From assembly GCA_040954595.2 (NCBI GenBank), contig CM082580.2, positions 12,104,909 through 12,168,908 on the forward strand: a stretch of DNA of 64,000 nt, written 5' to 3'. Positions within the stretch are counted from its first letter, which is position 1, and each line of letters opens with the position of its first letter. Position numbers and translations under genes: made by a program. The stretch comes from Balanoglossus misakiensis (Eukaryota > Animalia > Hemichordata). The notes under the pieces are model-generated. The model searched no databases, was not told where the DNA came from, and saw nothing but the letters and a program-made list of their open reading frames with translations. Shown here piece by piece: positions 56,501 to 64,000 of this stretch.

Positions 56501-59425
56501 AAATCAAAATTTGGCCGATTTTTGAAAAAAACCATGGGTTATAGCTCAGGAAATCATCAAAAAATGACAATTTTTCGACTTTGCGGAAAATCAAATTTTG
56601 GCCGATTTTTGAAAAAAACCATGGGTTATAGCTCAGGAAATCATCAAAAAATGACAATTTTTCGACTTTGCGGAAAATCAAAATTTGGCCGATTTTTGAA
56701 AAAAACCATGGGTTATAGCTCAGGAAATCATCAAAAAATGACAATTTTTCGACTTTGCGGAAAATCAAAATTTGGCCGATTTTTGAAAAAAACCATGGGT
56801 TATAGCTCAGGAAATCATCAAAAAATGACAATTTTTCGACTTTGCGGAAAATCAAAATTTGGCCGATTTTTGAAAAAAACCATGGGTTATAGCTCAGGAA
56901 ATCATCAAAAAATGACAATTTTTCGACTTTGCGGAAAATCAAAATTTGGCCGATTTTTGAAAAAAACCATGGGTTATAGCTCAGGAAATCATCAAAAAAT
57001 GACAATTTTTCGACTTTGCGGAAAATCAAAATTTGGCCGATTTTTGAAAAAAACCATGGGTTATAGCTCAGGAAATCATCAAAAAATGACAATTTTTCGA
57101 CTTTGCGGAACATCAAAATTTGGCCGATTTTTGAAAAAAACCATGGGTTATAGCTCAGGAAATCATCAAAAAATGACAATTTTTCGACTTTGCGGAAAAT
57201 CAAATTTTGGCCGATTTTTGAAAAAAACCATGGGTTATAGCTCAGGAAATCATCAAAAAATGACAATTTTTCGACTTTGCGGAAAATCAAAATTTGGCCG
57301 ATTTTTGAAAAAAACCATGGGTTATAGCTCAGGAAATCATCAAAAAATGACAATTTTTCGACTTTGCGGAAAATCAAAATTTGGCCGATTTTTGAAAAAA
57401 ACCATGGGTTATAGCTCAGGAAATCATCAAAAAATGACAATTTTTCGACTTTGCGGAAAATCAAAATTTGGCCGATTTTTGAAAAAAACCATGGGTTATA
57501 GCTCAGGAAATCATCAAAAAATGACAATTTTTCGACTTTGCGGAAAATCAAAATTTGGCCGATTTTTGAAAAAAACCATGGGTTATAGCTCAGGAAATCA
57601 TCAAAAAATGACAATTTTTCGACTTTGCGGAAAATCAAATTTTGGCCGATTTTTGAAAAAAACCATGGGTTATAGCTCAGGAAATCATCAAAAAATGACA
57701 ATTTTTCGACTTTGCGGAAAATCAAATTTTGGCCGATTTTTGAAAAAAACCATGGGTTATATAGCTCAGGAAATCATCAAAAAATGACAATTTTTCGACT
57801 TTGCGGAAAATCAAAATTTGGCCGATTTTTGAAAAAAACCATGGGTTATAGCTCAGGAAATCATCAAAAAATGACAATTTTTCGACTTGGCGGAAAATCA
57901 AATTTTGGCCGATTTTTGAAAAAAACCATGGGTTATAGCTCAGGAAATCATCAAAAAATGACAATTTTTCGACTTTGCGGAAAATCAAAATTTGGCCGAT
58001 TTTTGAAAAAAACCATGGGTTATAGCTCAGGAAATCATCAAAAAATGACAATTTTTCGACTTTGCGGAAAATCAAAATTTGGCCGATTTTTGAAAAAAAC
58101 CATGGGTTATAGCTCAGGAAATCATCAAAAAATGACAATTTTTCGACTTTGCGGAAAATCAAAATTTGGCCGATTTTTGAAAAAAACCATGGGTTATAGC
58201 TCAGGAAATCATCAAAAAATGACAATTTTTCGACTTTGCGGAAAATCAAAATTTGGCCGATTTTTGAAAAAAACCATGGGTTATAGCTCAGGAAATCATC
58301 AAAAAATGACAATTTTTCGACTTTGCGGAAAATCAAAATTTGGCCGATTTTTGAAAAAAACCATGGGTTATAGCTCAGGAAATCATCAAAAAATGACAAT
58401 TTTTCGACTTTGCGGAAAATCAAAATTTGGCCGATTTTTGAAAAAAACCATGGGTTATAGCTCAGGAAATCATCAAAAAATGACAATTTTTCGACTTTGC
58501 GGAAAATCAAAATTTGGCCGATTTTTGAAAAAAACCATGGGTTATAGCTCAGGAAATCATCAAAAAATGACAATTTTTCGACTTGGCGGAAAATCAAAAT
58601 TTGGCCGATTTTTGAAAAAAACCATGGGTTATAGCTCAGGAAATCATCAAAAAATGACAATTTTTCGACTTGGCGGAAAATCAAAATTTGGCCGATTTTT
58701 GTAACAAACCATGGGTTATAGCTCAGGAAATCATCAAAAAATGACAATTTTTCGACTTTGCGGAAAATCAAAATTTGGCCGATTTTTGAAAAAAACCATG
58801 GGTTATAGCTCAGGAAATCATCAAAAAATGACAATTTTTCGACTTTGCGGAATTTCAAAATTTGGCCGATTTTTGAAAAAATCATGGGTTATAGCTCATG
58901 AAAATCATCCAGAAATGACAATTTTTCGACTTTGCGAATTTCAAAATTTGGCCGATTTTTGAAAAAATCATGGGTTATAGCTCATGAAAATCATCCAGAA
59001 ATGACAATTTTTCGACTTTGCGAATTTTCAAAATTTGGTCAATTTTTGAAAAAATCATGGGTTATAGCTCATGAAAATCATCCAGAAATGACAATTTTTC
59101 GACTTTGCGAATTTTCAAAATTTGGTCAATTTTTGAAAAAATCATGGGTTATAGCTCATGAAAATCATCCAGAAATGACAATTTTTCGACTTTGCGAATT
59201 TTCAAAATTTGGTCAATTTTTGAAAAAATCATGGGTTATAGCTCATGAAAATCATCCAGAAATGAACACTTTTTGACCTTGTGAATTTTCAAAATTTGGT
59301 CATTTTTTGAAAAAATCTTGGGTTATAGCTCATGAAAAGTGTGAAAAATGACAAATTCTCGACTTTCGGTGAATTTTGGTGATTTTGTCACTTCTGGACG
59401 TTTTTCATGGGTTATAGCTCATGAA
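38566..59425. repeat. Satellite array of an 87-bp monomer, ~240 copies (~20.9 kb)
   Basis: Consensus ccatgggttatagctcaggaaatcatcaaaaaatgacaatttttcgactttgcggaaaatcaaaatttggccgatttttgaaaaaaa in head-to-tail repeats, with divergent monomer variants at both edges. Confidence 0.99.
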
Positions 59426-59573
59426 CATATTTTAAAACAAAAACAAATATTGTACCTACTGTATCGTGTATTGTTTGTTTTTCAGCATGATACTTACCTT
59501 TATTTTCTGTATCGACATGTTACATTGTACCTGATAGGTTTTGGCTCTGAATTGGTGAAAAGTGATTGTGAGG

Positions 59574-62334
59574 ATGCTTCGCCGTCGCCGAGGGCTTTAT
59601 CGGTCATTTACGCTGATATCGTTGGCCATGAGTTTATTAATTATGGGATACTTTTTAGAGGCGCAGTATACGGACCATTTTGTTCAAACAGGGTAAGTCG
59701 ACACACGAAACTATCCGGTGAGTTTAAAGTGTCCAAGGAAAATAGGAATTATTTTTCAAACAATAATCTTTTAATTTAAGTTGTGGAATTATTCAGGCTT
59801 GTTTTGTCTGATTTGTGTGTATAATTACTGTTACATGATGGTTTCCATACAGACACTATATTATGATTGATTTAAAATCGTATAATCTTGCTTCATAGAA
59901 GAAATGTACCTGTTTCTTTGCATGCAGATTAACAGATAATTCAAAACTAAATCGCAAGAACTTGAGAAAACCCCCAATCCTGCCTGATGCTGACAAACTT
60001 GCAAGAATAGCCAAGCTGTTGCAGATTGACCAAAATACTGGCGGAGAATATAAACAGATACAAAACAGAATTTTACAGATCGAAGATATTTTGGAGAGGT
60101 TCAGAAGCGGAGGCAAGACAAACGCTTTTACGAAAAAATTGAAGTCATTCATGAAAACGGGAATTAAGCATCCGGCGACGCAGAACCATACAATAATCGA
60201 GTCGCAAACTACAGAATACGTCAACACGACTGTCAAACCACAAGAAAGAGACAGGAAAAGAGATGACAGCGTACTGGAACATATAGAAGATTTACTTGAA
60301 GAGCCACCATTTCGCCCTCCTCCGATTAAAAACGTTGAACTGAACTCGAAACCTTTCATGAAAAATTTACAATACAAACCTTCGGTAAGTGAACGAATAA
60401 CATGTAACAATCAACCTATTGAAATAAAAGGAATTTGACATTCAGGTTCATTTTCATTGTGAATTAATGGGCAAAGTAAATACACGGACATATTGAGTTT
60501 GACATTCTGATCTACTGAGACGTACTGATTTATTGCGGTACTGCTTTGGTAATCCAATCTTCTAATATATATTGATGGGGTTGTTCTTTATCTTTCAGAC
60601 CTGTGTAACAAATTCCAAAAACTCTTCGTGGTTTAATTCTCGCTACCTTCCAAATATAAAAATGTTCATGGATAAAGAAGACGTTAACAATTTCACTAAC
60701 TATTACAAACTTTCACATTATCGACTACCTTTCGGGATAAAAGGCCAAGATAGACGATGTAAGTACATGGAACTCGATCTCTTCAACTCCTCCATCTCAA
60801 TTTAAGAATGGTGAAAACTGCAATGACTTGAGTATGGTTCCGAATGACTGGTGACCTAGGCTATAGGCCCGATTGCTCGAAATGGTCATTTTCTAATGTT
60901 CCATATTTCATTCCAACCCTATGACCCGACAGTAATGGCACGATTACTGAATAATCCTAATTTCACAAACCCAAACGTGTTTGACGACATGCGCCCACAG
61001 TGTGTCAGATGTGCAGTTGTTGGACTTGGTGGCGTCCTCAACGGTTCCAACATGGGAGATATCATCGACAGACACGATTATGTGTTCAGGTAAGAAAATG
61101 TTACCTGCTGAAAACTTTGGCCCGTAGAACAGAATCGGAACACACTTAGCTGCAGGGGACAGATTTTCAGAAAAAATGACAATCCTCAATTTCGAATTTC
61201 GCGTTGATATTTTTATGTTACAGAGTAAACCGAGCATTGACTGAGGGTAGATTTGCCCAAGACGTTGGCAGAAGAACTTCCTTCTACACATTCTTTCCGG
61301 AGTCTCAGTATGCCCAAGAAATTCATGATCCAACTGTGAGTAGAACCTCTTATGTGACAGAAACTTTCTTTTCACTGAAATAATTTCTGTACATCTTCTG
61401 TTGGTATATCTGCCATTTTAATTTTGTTGCCCGTGGATATGGGAAGAAATGTTGTCAGAGTGTAAAACTGAAATCCTCTCTCTCTCTCCCTCCAGTTTAT
61501 GTCGTTCTATGTCCTTTACCGATCCTACGACATAGCGTATGCCATGTCCATGCTGGCCAACGACACGCCTCCACTGCATACCTATGATGGTCAGACATAC
61601 TGGTAAGTACATGTACACAAATCACGGATTCCATTGCAGGGTGTTTTAATATACTGTAGTATACAAACAATCTGGGAAAAGTTTGCTATGGCAAGCCAAG
61701 TGTTGCAAAATTCAACAATGGTTTTTATGTTCATGAAAACCATTTTTAGGATCATGACTTTTATCAGTTATGTGATTCATAAAATGTATGTTTAGCTTCA
61801 TCATTTTTGAGCTACGTTGTTAAGGAGTCGCATCGAAAAATGTCGTGTATGAATACCGTTTCCAGCATGTCAATATTTATTTCGGTCTACGATTTACAGG
61901 TTACCAACGAAACCAAAACTTGATGTTAACAAGTTAAAAATAATCCACCCAGATTTCATGAGATATGTATTCACCAGATTCTTAGACTCAAAAGGACACA
62001 GGCCAACATCAGGTATGTCAAATTATAATTTAAATGTTTTGCTATTTTGCATATCCAATGTATTTGTTTTAATTTCAAAACACTTCATATCTGGTCGGTT
62101 ATTACAGGAGCTCTGGTAGTGTTTATAGCGCTGCATTTATGCGATGAGGTCAGCATGTACGGCTTTGGATACGATACACGTTTCCCGCTGCATTACTATG
62201 ACAACGAACCAGTAAATCTGAATCGGGCATCAGTTGGATCGCATGACGTGGACAACGAGCGCCGTCTCTGGCAACGAATGATGAATGAAAACGTTCTGCA
62301 TTTTTATACAAGGCCCGATGAAGCACCGCGCTGA
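59574..62334 (+). CDS. ST6GalNAc I/II-like sialyltransferase, paralog 2. Exons 59574-59692, 59928-60384, 60599-60758, 60933-61089, 61224-61335, 61496-61602, 61900-62012, 62108-62334
   Basis: TM anchor [28 protein letters not shown]; motif [33 protein letters not shown]; motif [25 protein letters not shown]; HYYD; HDVDNER. Exon phases are identical to paralog 1 and there are no in-frame stops. Confidence 0.93.
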
Positions 62335-62750
62335 CAGTACCGAAATTTGACTCTCAATTATTACATTTTACACTTTGATATATGTCAACAAAAGTTTGTC
62401 AACATTATTTACAAATCATGGAAAATTAAAAACTTAATTCTTGTACATGTAATTATATAATTGTCTAAGTCCATTTAGACTGCGTTTGTACACATTTTAC
62501 CTCAAATATTAAAACTCAATATTATTTTAAAATAAATTAAAGTTTATGTTGAATTGCTTGCACGACCGTTGTCACTTCTGTACATAAAATACTTCATTTG
62601 TCATCGATTTCATTTATAATGTTCAGTTACGAAAGGAATAAGCCTGGCTGGTGCTGGAGTCGTTCCTTAACGTGCCCTATGGGGGCGCTGCACTGCGGAA
62701 TAGAATCCGAATCCGAATACGAATACGAGGTCAACTTCAGCAACGGCAAA

Positions 62751-63978
62751 ATGGCTGGCCCCAGACAGAAAACACTTTCGTGGTATTGGCTTGGGGACTT
62801 TATTATCACTCGTTACCCTTACTGCAATGCTGTCTTGATGTTACTGTTATTTGCCGAGAGAGCGAAGCACGACAGGTAATACCCCATCAACTGTGCCAGT
62901 AATGGAGCCAGATCTTTACTTTTATATTTACATGTACATGCACCTTACAACAATAGACTTGGGCGTGTACGTTCGTTCATTCATTCATTCGACCATGGCA
63001 TATCGACCGGTTGCTGCGGATCCGTTGCCCCACCATTCCCGCGATTGCCAACACAGAGAGCTAATGGAGTGGTGGAGCTACAGATCGACAGTGAATGGGC
63101 CGGATGATAATGCCTGGAAAGTTTAGTGTGATCGAATTTTGGTCCGAAATGTATGTTTCACAGCCAGCTGTGAAAGGCAATTGCCAGCCGGTCCCGGCGT
63201 GACTAGAAAACAAGCTATACATTTACAACATTTGCGTTTGTGTTCTTTCCTTATGGTAGGCATGAAGGATATCCTCGCCAATACATTTATGGTACCATTG
63301 GAACTTTGTTTGTACTTGGAACAATGATGGCGTTTAAAATGCAGAAGTCTCTTGGATCCCTGTTGTGTACAGTACATATGTTGGTGCACAGCTATCTAAC
63401 GCATACAAGTAAAAATCTGCATTTTGGAGAATGGCTCTCTGTAAGTATTCCATGTAACCTTTTATATGAAAAACTTTGCCGACCTGCCAATCTGTGATTG
63501 ATTTGAAATACCCATTTTATTTTACTTGCAGATGCGTATGGTGACAAGAAACTTAGCTGTAATGGGAGCATATCTGATCCTTGCCAGCAGACAACCAGAA
63601 CACCTTTCCAGAAGATCAAATGTACATTTCTTATATACTATTGGCAGATACATATATGGTGTCTTCTTGATATGCTATGCATATACTCTATACCACAGCA
63701 AAGAGGACTACAGAGCATTTAACAAATTGGTGCCCATGGGCCATCCTGTTTCTTTTGTAGTCATAGCCATAGTCGCTGCGGGTGGTATCAGTTTCCTGTC
63801 GGAGTACAAATTACAAAAAATGTGTCGAGTCCTTCTCATTGTACTGACATTTGCTACATTCTTCTTCGAGGGCAGTATAGAGTTTTGGTGGAGGCAGAAA
63901 TTTGTGGAATATTGGAACCAAGCATTGATACTGGCAGAGTCTGTAGTGGCGCTGGGAGTTCTTATGTTGTTTTGCTAG
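62751..63978 (+). CDS. TMEM101: Transmembrane protein 101. Exons 62751-62875, 63260-63440, 63532-63978 (an upstream in-frame ATG exists at ~62619)
   Basis: The spliced protein has IITRYPYCNAVLMLLLFAERA, HFGEWLSMRMVTRNLAVMGAYLILAS, YLIC-like FLICYAYTLYHSKED and VEYWNQALILAESV. These align with recalled TMEM101 motifs (LTRCPFW...LMLYAERA, HYGDWLKVRM, HSKED, VEFWNQMKLLGESV). Confidence 0.85.
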
Positions 63979-64000
63979 TTTATGTAAAATTCTCAAGCAA

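Noticed and set aside
38870-59276. Very long ORFs (up to 1558 aa) on both strands with 29-aa repeats
   Set aside because: 87 bp is 29 codons and one frame per strand happens to lack stops. Frames are broken repeatedly by homopolymer indels and point stops, with no splice or domain context. This is a satellite artefact.
38566-59425. CRISPR array
   Set aside because: Head-to-tail near-identical monomers with no unique spacers, no cas genes, and a eukaryotic context.
62698-62729. (GAATCC/GAATAC) hexamer repeat giving IESESEYEYE upstream of TMEM101
   Set aside because: Homology to TMEM101 starts at the ATG at 62751, so the repeat is more likely 5' UTR or promoter simple sequence than a coding extension.

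Overview
Intron-rich, AT-rich animal genomic DNA, most consistent with an invertebrate deuterostome such as a hemichordate, echinoderm or amphioxus (inferred from gene content, not proven). In order, the window holds: the last two exons of a progranulin (+); a 4-exon Dickkopf-3-like gene (-); MED16 (22 exons, +); a p24-gamma TMED1/5-like gene (+); EFTUD2/Snu114 (23 exons, +); tRNA-Thr(AGT) (-); two tandem ST6GalNAc I/II-type sialyltransferase paralogs (+); and TMEM101 (+). The two sialyltransferases are separated by a ~20.9 kb array of an 87-bp satellite (about 240 monomers). All exon structures were read by hand from GT-AG sites and reading-frame continuity. The most notable observations are: (1) a duplicated, frame-enforced mutually exclusive exon pair in the catalytic domain of sialyltransferase 1; (2) a symmetrically layered satellite with higher-order block duplications ending ~150 bp before the start codon of sialyltransferase 2, possibly inside its first intron; (3) two GC-rich, strongly folding, unidentified elements in the first coding introns of TMED and EFTUD2; (4) gene neighbours whose human orthologs cluster on chr17 and 19p. 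The long ORFs over the satellite are repeat artefacts.
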